DNA of 63,546 nucleotides, counting the filler, from Reticulomyxa filosa (Eukaryota; Protista; Foraminifera): assembly GCA_000512085.1 (NCBI GenBank). It is 20 parts of 20 records of this genome, joined end to end, with 100 filler letters (N's around TTAATTAATTAA, not from the genome) between each part and the next. Parts side by side here need not be neighbours in the genome. Positions count along the whole stretch, not along the records: positions 9,637 to 17,998 come from ASPP01013926.1; positions 18,099 to 20,252 come from ASPP01029511.1; positions 20,353 to 22,668 come from ASPP01044603.1; positions 22,769 to 25,110 come from ASPP01001205.1; positions 25,211 to 27,759 come from ASPP01019677.1; 15 more parts are not named here. The stretch is one strand, 5' to 3'. Both the position numbers and the translations under genes were made by a program. Shown here in pieces: positions 13,200 to 25,990 of the stretch (positions are counted from its first letter, which is position 1; each line of letters opens with the position of its first letter). The notes under the pieces are model-generated. The model worked only from the letters and a program-made list of their open reading frames with translations, searched no databases and was not told where the DNA came from.

Positions 13200-16100
13200 T
13201 TAACAAATAGCAGCGTCGCTTTCAGGAATGCATTCTTGTGTACTTCTGTCGGGCAATTGCAATTTATTTAAAACAATATTGTCGAAATGATGCTTGACGT
13301 CTTTTGACCCGAGTACACACTGCACCCTTGACCATTCGCACATTGGTTCAGATCTGACCGAACGACATCCGATTGGTCTTGGCAGACTTGTGTGATTAAC
13401 AATCATTTAAATGTTAACAATATTTTTTAAAAAATAGTAATAAGTCGAGTTTACTTTACAAAACTTTCGGAATTGGTCAAAATTTAAAGGCTGAATAATC
13501 CATTTTTCTTTTGTGTCATTCCACACGATTCTCTCTCTTAGCTGTTTATGACGTTTTTAAGTCAAAAAATTAATAATGACAAAACTAAATTATTCAAACT
13601 ACTTAAAAAGATTTAAAAAACAAGAGAAAGTTTCACCAAACTTTTTGCACTTCGGCCGCAGGAATAAAACATTTTATAATTGCATCTTTAAGCTTAATTT
13701 GTTTATCCAACACCCGAACTGTTTCTAATAAGTCTTCTCCTATATGTCAAAAGATAAAAAAGTTCATAAGTCTGAACTTTGATAAAAAAAAGGGGAAAAC
13801 ATGATCATCATGCCTCGTATGTCTATCGGATGCAAAAAAGAGAAACCAACTTTTGTGCTGAAATTGGGCTTGTGTATCCTCTATTTCCTCTGTTAGATTG
13901 TTGTACATGTGCAACAACTTTTTAAGCTTGTTGGTTTTGTCGTTCAGTTCCGCTTCTTGTGATTCATACTTTTCTTTTAATTTCATGTTCTCAGACTTTT
14001 GTTGTCGAACAATTCTTTCATATTTTTCCTGCTGCAATTTTTTCTTGTTCAGCTCTTCTTTTCGCTGTGATAATGTTATTTCTTCTCTTGCAGCCTCTTC
14101 AGTCACTACCTTATTGCTATCAATTATCTTTTTCTCCAATTCTTCTAATTTCATTTTTAATTGCTCTTGCATCTTTTTTTAAATGGAAATTATAATTTAA
14201 ATAATTACAAATTTCTTGTTATAAAAATAATTTATACAAAATAATTAAAACCTGTTTTTTTTCTTCCAACACTTTTGTTTTCATTTGAATTTGCGCTTCA
14301 GTTTCTTGTTTTTTTTGCAGTTCCGCACGAGCTGCTGCTTCCAATTGTTCTGTTTCTTTTTGCATTTTGCGTTGCAATTGTCTTTGCAAGTTTTGTCAAA
14401 ACATTCAAACATTCATTTTTTTTATAATTAAAACTTCACACAAACAAACAAAATTTGAAACTGTTTTTCAAATTCATTTTGCTTTTCCACTTCTTCCAGT
14501 TTTTCTTTGACAAGTTCTTTATTTCTTGCTGTTGTTTCAGTGGGCACTTCTCTACTGTCTGCACGAAAAGGAATGTGAATATCTGTTTTCGTTGTTGCAA
14601 TTTCTTTTAATTGATCTTTTAATCTAAATTAAAAACAACAAATAAATTATTAGAAGTTTAATTGGTTTATAAAAAAAAGAAAAAATACGAAAATATAAAT
14701 GATAACAAAGCAATTTGTTGTTGATATTGTTTTAAAAGTGCGTCTTTGGGGTCCTCGTTAATTTGTGGTTTATTTCGAATTTTCTTTGCTCGACTTGCAA
14801 ATCGCAATGTGCTCAGTGTTTCATCCAAGTTGTAATCGGCTGGCCCAATGTTTGCAATCATCACTGTTTTCGAGTTACCTCCTAATGAATCTTGTAAGAT
14901 CCTGGTTAATTTGGAGTCGCGATAAGGTATATGTTTGGCTCTTTTGTTTTATTTTGTGAAACCCAACAACAGCTATTGAACTCCGAACTTTTTTAAATTT
15001 ATTAAAAAAAAGAAAAAAAAGCAATAGATATGAGGAACTTTCTTTTTTGCGTGAGTGCAAAGATAAGATTGCCCAGGGCCGAGAGAGACAAGTTGATATT
15101 GACAGCTTCAGTAAACTGGAGTCCCGTGGCTTGAGTTTTGGATTGCCTTTCACTTCCTGCCAAATCTACCAAATGCAGCTTACCTGCTCGAATATGAGCA
15201 TCGCCTTCGTTGGGGTTACTTGCGTTGAGTTGCGAACAGGTTTCCATGTATAACGTAAAAATGGAGTGTGATCGTGACGAGTCACGATTCATCCTCGTTT
15301 CCGCTGTGTGTCGATTTTGCTTTCCTTTTTCCAAATACTTGTATATATCTTCGATTGTTGACACATCTTGCATCGTCAGTCCCTTTATTTGGAGTACATA
15401 TGCGGTGAGTAGTTAATATATAAACATCGCATCTTTTATTATTATTTTAAAAAAGAGTGGCTCTAAAGTTAACCTTGATGTAGACTCCAGTGTCTGGATG
15501 CTCCTTTAACTCCAAATTTGTTCGATTTGGGTTTAATAAATCCAAAATGTTGTCATTGTATATTTCAATAAACGCAATTCGAACTAAATATTGCTGTGTT
15601 CAAATATATATACATATATATGTATGTGTATATACGTACATATGAACGTATACGTGCCCCGAAGTGTGAAAGCAAATGCACGTGTATTTTTTTTCGCCCT
15701 CCCTTTGTGCATGCGTACACAAAACTCGATCTCTTTGGAGTGCAATGGTGTTAAAGACTGGCTCCAAAGATCTCGGAATAATGCCACGCAAAGTGTTGCT
15801 TGTGTAATGATTTCCATTGCCTTCCATTGTAAATGTCTTCCCAGTTCCTGTTTGTCCATATGCAAAAATAGTGCCGTTGTAACCTTCTAGCACGCTATCC
15901 ACAATGCTACGCCCAGTAGCGTGATAAACTTGCTCTTGCGTGCACTTTGGACCGAATGCATAGTCAAATGTAAATTTGCGCTCGGTTGTTGTCTTGTCTT
16001 TGTTCACTCCGCATAAACGAAGATATACCTCTCCAGTTTCTTCTTTCACCTGTACCACTCTTCAGAGGGCAAGAAAAAAAGGAGAGAAGAAAAAAAAAGA

Positions 16101-16287
16101 GTTACTCCTTATCATGCAAAAAAAAAAAGATAATAATAATTATACTGTAAGTCCAAATGAACAAACGCAACTCCTTGCAGCCTTTTGCTATCTCAGAGTC
16201 ACTCAAAGAGCGACACCGGACAACCACTTGTACAGACTCGGAATTTGTGGAGGACGTGCCTGGCTTGGATAATGATTCATGTGACAT
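13200..16287 (-). CDS. Kinesin-2 (KIF3-like) motor subunit, multi-exon
   Basis: [40 protein letters not shown] (P-loop), [58 protein letters not shown], then a coiled-coil stalk and KIF3-like tail. Confidence 0.92.
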
Positions 16288-16798
16288 TTATTTTGCTGGC
16301 TTTTACGTTTACTGATCAAACCTTTTTTCGTGTTTTCCGTTTTTTCCTTGTGACGTCATAAAGGTTCATTGACATTTCAAAAAATTATCCTTTTTCGTTG
16401 AAATATTTTTTAATTTTTAATATCAAAAGTCATTTTGTTAATTGTTTAATTACAGAAACAATCTATAAACTAAAATAAAAAACAGGTATGAATCTGTTTC
16501 GCGTCGAAGAATTTGTTCATACCCGAAAATTGAAACAGAATGCGGAACTCCTTTTTATAGTTTAACGCGCATTTAAAAGTTCAAAAGTTTTTTTATATTA
16601 CGTTTCAAGATTATTAAAATTTTCTAAAACGTTGAACGAAGAAATAAGCAATAAGAAGTAGGAAAAGATATAAGAAAATGTTTGAAGTAACATTTGTGTC
16701 GGTTTAAATTTAAAATTCAATTATTTTTTTTTTAAGCAAACGAACAATAAAGAAAAGTGTGGAACGAAAGGGGATAAGATGGTGCAGAGCATATTCTG

Positions 16799-17640
16799 TC
16801 AGTCAATATCCATTTTGTTTTCTTTGGAGACATTGGAAGTAGTTACAGGTTGTCCACTGGCGCCTTTGTTTGCATTTTTATTGCCTTTATTTTGGTTTTG
16901 ATTTTTGTTTTTGTTTTTATTTTTATTTTTATTTTTGTTTGCGTTTGCATTTGTATTTTTCTGTGCGTTGTTGTCTTGGTTTGCCGACTATATAATTACA
17001 ACACACAAATGACGAAAATGATAAAAAAAAAAACAATAAGCATTGACCCTCACAAAAAAAAAACAAAACCCCTTCCTCTCACATAAATGTAATGTACTCC
17101 AAAAAAAAAAAATAATAATAATAAAAAAAAAGACATAACAGGTTTGTCCGACTTTTCATCCGAATCAGCAGAAGCAGGACCAAAGGAAGGCAATTGCGGG
17201 GGTTGATAAAAGGCAGGCAGCGTGCCTTCAAAGGACTGTCCCAACAAGGTCTGCAGTTCGCTGTCTTGAATTTGGAACTGGGGAATGACTGACGACATGT
17301 CCAAAGGAAGCCCGCAGAGTTGGACGACGCCTTGGGGCGTGAGAATGGCCGTGAACTTGAATTGCGCGACATATTCGCCGCCCTTTTCGGCCAGCACCGG
17401 ATAGGGCTGCACGAGCGAGTGGCTCTTGCACTCGGTTATGCCAAACCGAAACCTCTCCGTCTCAAAGCTGCGCATCGTGAAAGGGAACGTAGGATGATTC
17501 TTGTTTATCGCACGAATCAAATCTCGCGACGTTTTCATCTTCAAGTTCTGCACATCAATTTCCACATTCCGTTTAAATATCGTGCATTTCTCACCTCTTT
17601 CAATCGCTTTGCCACGTCCTACAAATATATTATTATATAT

Positions 17641-17671
<31 letters not shown>

Positions 17672-17909
17672 TTATACAATATATACATATATATATACAT
17701 ATATTTAAATAACCTGTAGACATCATAATGTCAATGCCAAATACTTGAAATTCTTCAAAATCAAATTCGTTGACTCTTCGTTCTGGCGTGGACTTTAACA
17801 GGATTGCGTTTTCGTGGTCCAGCACGTATTGTCGCATTTCATGCGACAGCACACTTTCCATCGGCTCGCATTTGAATGCCTCTGCACACTTTGTCACTGC
17901 TGCTGTCAA
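16799..17909 (-). CDS. PA2G4: Proliferation-associated protein 2G4 / Ebp1 (M24 fold), 3' part
   Basis: VLSHEMRQYVLD, FEEFQVFGIDIMMSTG, LKMKTSR, FPFTMRSFE, GITECKSHSLVQPYPVL, YVAQFKFT. The last exon is N/K-rich and ends KMDID*. Confidence 0.9.
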
Positions 17910-17954
17910 ATGATAATTCTATTTTATTTATTTTTGTTCAATTTGTTTGCTGTA

Positions 17955-17989
<35 letters not shown>

Positions 17990-18098
17990 TTTTTCAAANN
18001 NNNNNNNNNNNNNNNNNNNNNNNNNNNNNNNNNNNNNNNNNNTTAATTAATTAANNNNNNNNNNNNNNNNNNNNNNNNNNNNNNNNNNNNNNNNNNNN

Positions 18099-19960
18099 CT
18101 TGCTGAATCGCGAAAAAGAACGTGAACCCACACAGGAACTCGCCACGAAGGTCGCCGAACTGCCCAAAACTGCATTGTCCACGGTCGAGGCCGTGGCCGA
18201 CGATCGCGTGTCTGAAGAGGCCATATGTCGTGTGTGCTTGGACACGAGCAGAGCTCCATGGGAGGGTCGTTGGGATTCAGCGACACGCCCGAAATGTTGC
18301 AGACCTTTTTTTGGACCAATTCCAAAAACGACACCAACTTCCGATTTTATCAGAACACATTGTCAAGAAGCTGCTGTCCGAACGCGATCGCAAGAAGACA
18401 GATCTTGGTCAAGGACGTTGCCAAGCAACTTGCTGTACGAGGTTCGCAAACTGGAGTAATCTCAAAGATGATAAAAAAAAAAATACTTGGATTGCTTTGT
18501 CGACCTGCCCATACAAGATCTCGAAAATGACGACTTTGATCTCAGCGTGTATCTCATCGGCGAGGATGGCGACGAAGACGAAAGCACCGTTGATGAAGAC
18601 GCAAAATCGAAAGATAAGGAAAATAATTCAAAATCACAGCAGCAGCAGCAACAGCAACAACAAAAGAAAAAACAAGTCACGTCAGAGACACCTGAATTCC
18701 ATCCTAAACGATACAGAAATGTCGGAAACCAACTTTTCATTTGCACTGCCTCGCGAGATTAAGGTGGGAGGGGACATGCTATTCCGCACGTGGCACGCGC
18801 AGAGTCTATGCGACAAGCAGGACGCGTCAAAAGTCGAGCAGTTTCCGCTATTCTTGGATGTCGATGTCGTTGTCGTCATCGCAAACGTGTACGAGCCTTC
18901 GGCCATTTCGCTGTTGTGTGGGCCCTGATCAACATAGTGCGATGGATGGCTACGTGGCAACGGTGTGCGAACTCACGACAAGCAAGTTTTTATCACAATC
19001 AATGGACGTGCGAAATCCAATTCTCAACGTATACGGGACATCATAGCCCAATCGCAATCGAAGAAAGGACATGACTCGTCTCGAATTGGTGAAACAGCTA
19101 GCTGTTCCATGCCTTTATTATAAACCCGCTCACAGGCGTACAACTATGACCAATCACATTTTGGCTTGAATATAAGTGTCCCTTATCTTCTTCTTCTTCT
19201 TCTTCATCTGTACGAAAAATTCCGCACGGTCGTGGACAAGGTGATGCATTTTAGGGCGATACCAAACTGTGCCATGCTCTTGGTCAAACGTGCTCGCATT
19301 TGCTCCAATGGAAGACCAAATTTTGTTTCTGGCAAGCTTCGCATTCTTGGTGTTCTCCTGACGGCAAAGGAAATAATAATTTTGGGATTCATCAATGAAT
19401 AAAGAGGGAGGAGGGTACATGACAAAAAATTCAATGTCGCGTTGGAGTTACCAACGGTGATCGTGATAAAAGGTCGAAACAAGAAGCAAAAAATGTCAAA
19501 GTTAGCGGGTAATATTCGTAAAGGTGTCGTGAAAATGGATTGGCGGGACTCGAACTCGATAATTGATGAATCAATGATTGTAATGGAAGAAATAATCCAA
19601 GTTCACAACAATAGCAAAAAAGACTCTACTTACCTTGTATTACCATATTTATGCGTGTTTCAATACAGCGTACCGAAAAACAGTGGCGTACTTGTTCGTC
19701 AACGTTAGTGAATGGAAGCAATGATGAAATATCTTTGTCTTCAATCGCTTTTTTTGGTATCGTCCAAAGAACGAGAACGCGATGAAGAAGCAGAAATGAA
19801 GAACGACAAAAGCCGAGCATGGACACATAAAAAAAATGCGTAGTGGTGAATTTCGTTAACGTGTGAATCTGGGAAGAGATTTGTGTCGTGCGCTATCTCG
19901 CAATGTGGAGTTATCCAATGAAAACATTATTGGAATTGAGTTTGGATAAGTTGGCGTCAT
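18099..19960 (+). pseudogene. GC-richer, multiply frameshifted coding remnant of unknown family
   Basis: Protein-like stretches alternate between frames (e.g. DLPIQDLENDDFDLSVYLIGEDGDED, FPLFLDVDVVVVIANVYEP) with internal stops and no obvious introns. Confidence 0.4.
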
Positions 19961-20358
19961 AATGCATGCAGCATTGATGAAACTGTACGAGGAAAGACAT
20001 ATTTTCAAAAGTTAGCTTTAATTTATTTGTTTATATTTATTCTTGCATTGTTTTAATTTTATCTTATTCACTCTAGTACGCTACCGAATACAATTTTCGT
20101 TGTGGAATAATCTAGGGCCAGTGGTATAGTTTTTATTTATTTGCTTTTGAAAAAAAAGTCATTGAATTTTGTTTTTGATGATTAGAAAGCAAACTGCCTG
20201 CAACAACAATAACGATTTCGATGACAACAACACTTTCGCAAGCGTCATAACCNNNNNNNNNNNNNNNNNNNNNNNNNNNNNNNNNNNNNNNNNNNNTTAA
20301 TTAATTAANNNNNNNNNNNNNNNNNNNNNNNNNNNNNNNNNNNNNNNNNNNNCAACAC

Positions 20359-20390
<32 letters not shown>

Positions 20391-20398
20391 AACGAATA

Positions 20399-22373
20399 AT
20401 GCAAAGTTTAGAGTTCCCCACAGGACTCTATTTTTCAAAGGAAGAACAGACAGAAGAAAAATCTCCAATGGTCAAAGAGAAAGAGAGCGATACAGGCTAC
20501 TTTGAGGTATACAAAGCGAATGCTTTGGCCGAAGCTAACGAATTGGAAAAAATAGGGAGACAACAAGAAAAGCTTATTTCCCAACATTATGATATCAACC
20601 CCAAAGAAACAGAGCTCGAATTACAAGAAAAAATGAAAAAGTGCCTTCTTCCAGATTACACTGCCAAACAAACAATAAGTGATTTTATTTCCAAAACGAA
20701 TACGTTTAGTCGCAAATGCAATGAACTTAAACAAGAGATTGAATTCACCTTCCAAATTTGGACGAGTACAATAGATGTTAAATTTTTCTTTTATTGATCA
20801 TTTTTTTTTTTTTTTTTTTTCAAAATAGAAAAATCTTATTGTTGTGAATGTTCGTATGATAAAATACACACACACACACACACATAGCTAACATCTCACA
20901 AAGTAACAGAGAAACCAGGCAAAGAAATAACTCAATTACAAGAAGCAATAAACGCACTATCATTGCAAGCAAAACAAAAGATGCAGGTACGTTACACGTT
21001 ACAAAAAAAAAAAAAAGAGCCAAGGATGCATTCTAAATGTACACATTTTTTTTTTTTTTTTTTTTCCGATAAAAAAAAAGAAAACTGAGAGCATTGGAGT
21101 AGTAATCAAGAAATTACAAAGTATTGATATAAAGAGTGTCAACAAATTGACAAAGGAACTATTATCATCTCCTCCAAGCGAAAAATTGGGAGATCGAAAT
21201 ACGATGTTTCACGTTGTGAGCGCAATTTTTGGTGGCTGCATATTTTATGACTCGACGACAGATACCTCCAATGACTTGTCCTTGTCATTGGGCCCTTTTG
21301 AGCAAAGGCCGTTAGTATTGGAATTGCATGATTTAACTGGACTGGATGTGACAACAACATGCAAACAACACATACATCAAATTGTAATGGAGATGCACAC
21401 TGCAATTCAAAAAAAACGCAGACATCCACTCCTGGAACAACTTCAGTTTCAAATTTTTTTTTTATGTCCTGGTTCGAATTTATTTATTGATAATAATAAT
21501 AAATAAATAATTAATAGAAATAAGTTGGCAAGAGTACATCAAGTGCAAGGAGAGCGTATTCAAATTGTCGAGGTATTTTTAGGAAGTTTTTGTGCTAAGT
21601 ATACCATTGACGATTTAGATCAAACCACATTAGAGCAAATGCTCAATTCAGACCTCGCTGGGAGACTCAGGGTAGAGTTTCCTTCTTTCAAAGACTTAAA
21701 AATTCATCCACTGTTTTTTACACCCGCCTTTGACGTGGCCATGTTCGACAACAAAGGAAATAAAGATTTTGCAAATGAAAACTCGAGTTTCACTCTTGGG
21801 CCAACAGGTTTACAAAAAAAATATCAACAACCAACTGGATGGACTCGGTATGGATTAAAGGTGTTAGGAAAATATGAGAACGATACATGGTTGCACCCTT
21901 TCAGAGTTAAGCAGTCTTCTATTTTGAATTTTTTAAACTTGTACAATATTAGTATACATTGCGTTCAATTCAAAATTAAACCAATTGAGGCCTGAGCAAA
22001 AAAAAACAACTTAAAGAATACAGGAAATTGGTGGAGAGGCTATCATGGTACAGGACATGCATATTGTGAAAATGTTACCCCTCTGAACGCTCTGGCCATT
22101 ATTTATAAAGACAAGTTTAAGAAAGCTAGACATACTGTACATGGTCGCGGTGTGTATTGTTCACCAGATCCCGCTTTTTATCCACGTGGAAGCTCTTATC
22201 TGGGTCGCGGCACAATTAATCTTGTGCAGGGGACAAAAAACTTTGAGTTCATGTTTCAAGTTGCGGTGAAACCTGGAGCAGACACTTTAACCAGCGCCTC
22301 CACTGCCAATATTTGGGCTGTGCAAAATGTAGATGATATCCGTGTGTATGGAATATTAGTGAGAGATTGTTGA
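20399..22373 (+). CDS. Multi-exon protein with C-terminal NEURL4-like PARP/ADP-ribosyltransferase domain
   Basis: YQQPTGWTRYGLKVLGKYENDTWL...WWRGYHGT...HGRGVYCSP...FMFQVAVKP...DIRVYGILV. Exons are separated by GT-AG introns. Confidence 0.8.
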
Positions 22374-22768
22374 ATAGGCTAACTACCTGTTTACTGCTGT
22401 AAAATTGTTAAATGGCAAGAGTAGTGTTTGTATTTTTATCAAATTGTTTAAATGAAATGAGAGAATTGTTAAATTATGTCTCTATTATTCAAAAATAAAT
22501 AATAGAAAAAATGTGACAATGTATTTTATTTGATAACTTCATCTTATATATTTATTCAAATTAACTGATACATTAACTTCAATCTATGACGATATATAAA
22601 TACTTATGCAATGTTTGAGATTCCATTTGTAATACAAAATATTATCTTTTTCTTGAAAAATCCAAAACNNNNNNNNNNNNNNNNNNNNNNNNNNNNNNNN
22701 NNNNNNNNNNNNTTAATTAATTAANNNNNNNNNNNNNNNNNNNNNNNNNNNNNNNNNNNNNNNNNNNN

Positions 22769-23390
22769 ATTTTTGATAACTTTTGTTTTTCCAATTATTA
22801 TTAGTTGTTGAAATGGAACACAGACTATTCTAAATATAGGCTCATTACTTTCAAATTCTTTCATCACAGCTTCATCTGATTCAATAATATTGTTCTCCAT
22901 ATTAACCAATTGCAGTTTTAAATTTTCTTTGTAGATCTTTTGGAATTTATCTGATTCTAGACAATTATAAATTTGACAAAAGAGTTCTTTAAATGTCAGT
23001 TCTTTCATTTTTATCAATTCTTTTTTTTCATCAATCAGCACATACGCTGTAAACTATTTATATGTATTGTAATTCGAATTACAAAACAACATTAGAAAAG
23101 AGCATAATTGGTTAACTTCCTCTTCTTTGCTGTCTTGATTAGTCTATTTGTCCAAATAACACACATATCAGTGCACATTAACAATGACAAAGTTTAAAAA
23201 AATAACGTAACAAAGTCAAGGTAAAAGTCAATGGAAAAATAAATATGATCAATATCATCTTTTGTGATTTCATCTTTCCATTTGCATTCGCTCAACAACC
23301 ACACACCAAACTGTTCATTTGGCATTGTTTTAAACTTTCGATCATATCTGTTTTATCTTTTTGTTCTCTTTGATTCCACCATTTCTTCCA
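22769..23390 (-). CDS. 5' part of a lineage-expanded multi-exon protein (truncated by contig end)
   Basis: Short exons plus an ORF with KELIKMKELTFKELFCQIYNCL...IIESDEAVMKEF...KTKVIKN running into the gap. Confidence 0.5.
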
Positions 23391-23505
23391 TTTTATATAT
23401 TTTTCCTACATTTTATTTTGTTGTTTGAGAAATATCTGATGTATCAAACACAAACAAAACAAAGCAAAGACAAATTTAACATTTAAATCTTTCTTTATTT
23501 TTTGT

Positions 23506-25094
23506 TCATTTCTGGTGTCCTATTTCAAAAAAAAAAAGACACAAATTGTAATGTATTAAAAAGACAAACAAAATATAATATTTATATTTCACCAGATTTT
23601 TGGAGGGAATTTCCTTTGCATGATCAGATTTGTACTCGTCAGTTTCTTCGGTCGTTTGTTTGGCTTCCTGTTCATTCGATTGTGCACTTTGTTGATCAAT
23701 TGGAATAATTGCACATCTGTATTTGTCAGCCTCCTTGACCATTCGTGTAACGTCCTCCCCATCCGGTCGTCCAATTTGTTGGTTGATTTGCACCCTTTTA
23801 GTGTTCGATTCACGATTCTTATCCTTTGCAGACACGAACAAGACGCTATTGGCATCCAAATCGAAGGTGACTTCAATGCGAGGAACACCTTTTGGAGCAG
23901 GTGAAATTTCCGTCAATCCGAATTTGGCCAACAGATGATTGTCCTTGGTCAATTGTCTATTTCCCTCGTACACTTGAATTAACAAGCCAGATTGATTATC
24001 AGCATAAGTGGTGAACATATGTGTAGTTTTGCAAGGGATGGATTGATTGCGAGTGATCAATTTAGTCATCACACCACCCGCAGTTTCAATTCCCAATGAC
24101 AATGGAGCCACATCCAACAACACCACATCATTTGCCCCATTCATTTGTTCTCCATTCAAAATAGCAGCTTGAATAGCGGCACCAAATGCAACGGCTTCAT
24201 CAGGATGGATAGTCGTGCAAAGTTCTTTTCCATTAAAGTACTCCTTAATCAATTGTCTTACTTTCGGAATTCGAGTGGACCCACCGACCAATATGATATC
24301 ATCAATGTCCGATTTGCTCACTGCACCATCCTGCAACACTTTGTGATGGAATCCAAACATAAACGAAAGTAATGCATGCACAAGTCTTCAAATTTGTCTC
24401 GAGTGATCGAAGACACAAAATCAATCCCTTGATAAAGAGAGTCCACCTCCACGCTCGCTCGAGTGGCAGAGCTCAACATGCGCTTTGCATGTTCGCATTG
24501 CACTTGCAATCTTGCCATTGCTCGCTTGTTTTGAGTGATATCCAATTTATGTTTTTTCTTGAATTCGTCTGCGAAAAATGAGATCAAAGCGTGGGTGAGA
24601 TCTTGGCCTCCCAAATGAACATCACCAGCAATAGCCTTCACTTCAACCACTTCTTCATCAATTGACAACAAAGATACATCACAAGTGCCACCGCCCAAAT
24701 TTAACACTAACACCTTTTGTTCCTTTGTACTTCCACTTTTGCCTTGGTTCAATCCGTATGCCATTGCTGCCGCAGTTGAGTCATTGACAAGACGCAGCAC
24801 TTTCAATCCTGCAATTCTTGCTGCCTCTATCATTGCTTGTCGTTGACTGGTATTGAAATACGCTGGAACTGTCATAACTGCATTGCTCACTGGACAGCCC
24901 AAATACAATTCGGATATTTTTTTCAGGTATTGCAATATCATTGATGACACTTCCTCTGCAGAAAATCGCTTTGTCTCACCCTTATATGATACCTCTATTG
25001 CTGGTCGGTTTTGTGCTTCTTTCACTACTTTGAATGGCAAAAATTTCATTTCTGCTTGCACAATTGGATCATCAAATCTATTACAAAATCGCAA
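23506..25094 (-). CDS. Divergent cytosolic-type Hsp70 with one -1 frameshift at ~24340 (possible pseudogene)
   Basis: [94 protein letters not shown]. The lid region is truncated and there is no EEVD. Confidence 0.9.
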
Positions 25095-25865
25095 AAAAAA
25101 AATAAATAAANNNNNNNNNNNNNNNNNNNNNNNNNNNNNNNNNNNNNNNNNNNNTTAATTAATTAANNNNNNNNNNNNNNNNNNNNNNNNNNNNNNNNNN
25201 NNNNNNNNNNTGGCAGGGGCAATGACGACGTACCAGTGGCCATATTTCAAACAAAAGGTAAACACTTTTTTTCAATTATCTTTTGTCTATTCCTTTGATG
25301 TTCAACGTATAAATAATAGTTTATGTGCGTTTGTTCAAAATAGGCTGGCTGTGATGAACAACAACAAAAAAAAAATTGTAAAATCAACCCTGTCTCCGAA
25401 AGGAGAAAAAAATGTTTGTTTTTTTTTTGTTTTTTTTAAACATATATTTATTTTCTGTGTGTTTTGATATAGGATCACCGTCCAAACATTGTATTTGTAT
25501 TCAATTCTATGTACATACAAATTTGGGGTTGAACTCTAACCCGCATCACAAATTAGTGATAAATGTTTGTTTATGTTTGTATAAATATATTTTTCTTTTT
25601 TTATAAAATGTTGTTTTGTGTGGCAAAATAGGAATTCCCCCGCACAACAATATTTTTATTTGTTTATTTATATTTTTATTTGTTCAATATTCTTCCAAAA
25701 AAGTTTGTTAGTGTATTTTTATAGGAAAATTGGAGCTCGAGATCCTGTTAACATGTTAAGTTTGTTTTTTGTTCAATCTTTAAAAAATTATAAAATAATT
25801 TTGTATGTGTTTGTACAGGCAAATCAGTCCAAAAAATGTATGTTATTTTTAAAATAGTGGAATTT

Positions 25866-25990
25866 GAAAAAAATGAATGGTAAGGGGGAAGTGAAAAAAA
25901 TGGATGATGAGGGGGAAGTGAAAAAAGTGAATGATAAGGGGGGAGTGAAAAAAAGAATGATAAGGGGGAAGTGAAAAAAGATGATAATAA
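25866..25990 (+). repeat. Minisatellite, ~26-bp unit (gaatgataagggggaagtgaaaaaa), 4-5 copies
   Basis: Directly visible tandem array. Confidence 0.85.

Noticed and set aside
17621-17705. (TA)n/TATACA tracts here and at 15600-15650, 36470-36510 and 37040-37095
   Set aside because: Ordinary intronic microsatellites that spuriously extend ORFs.
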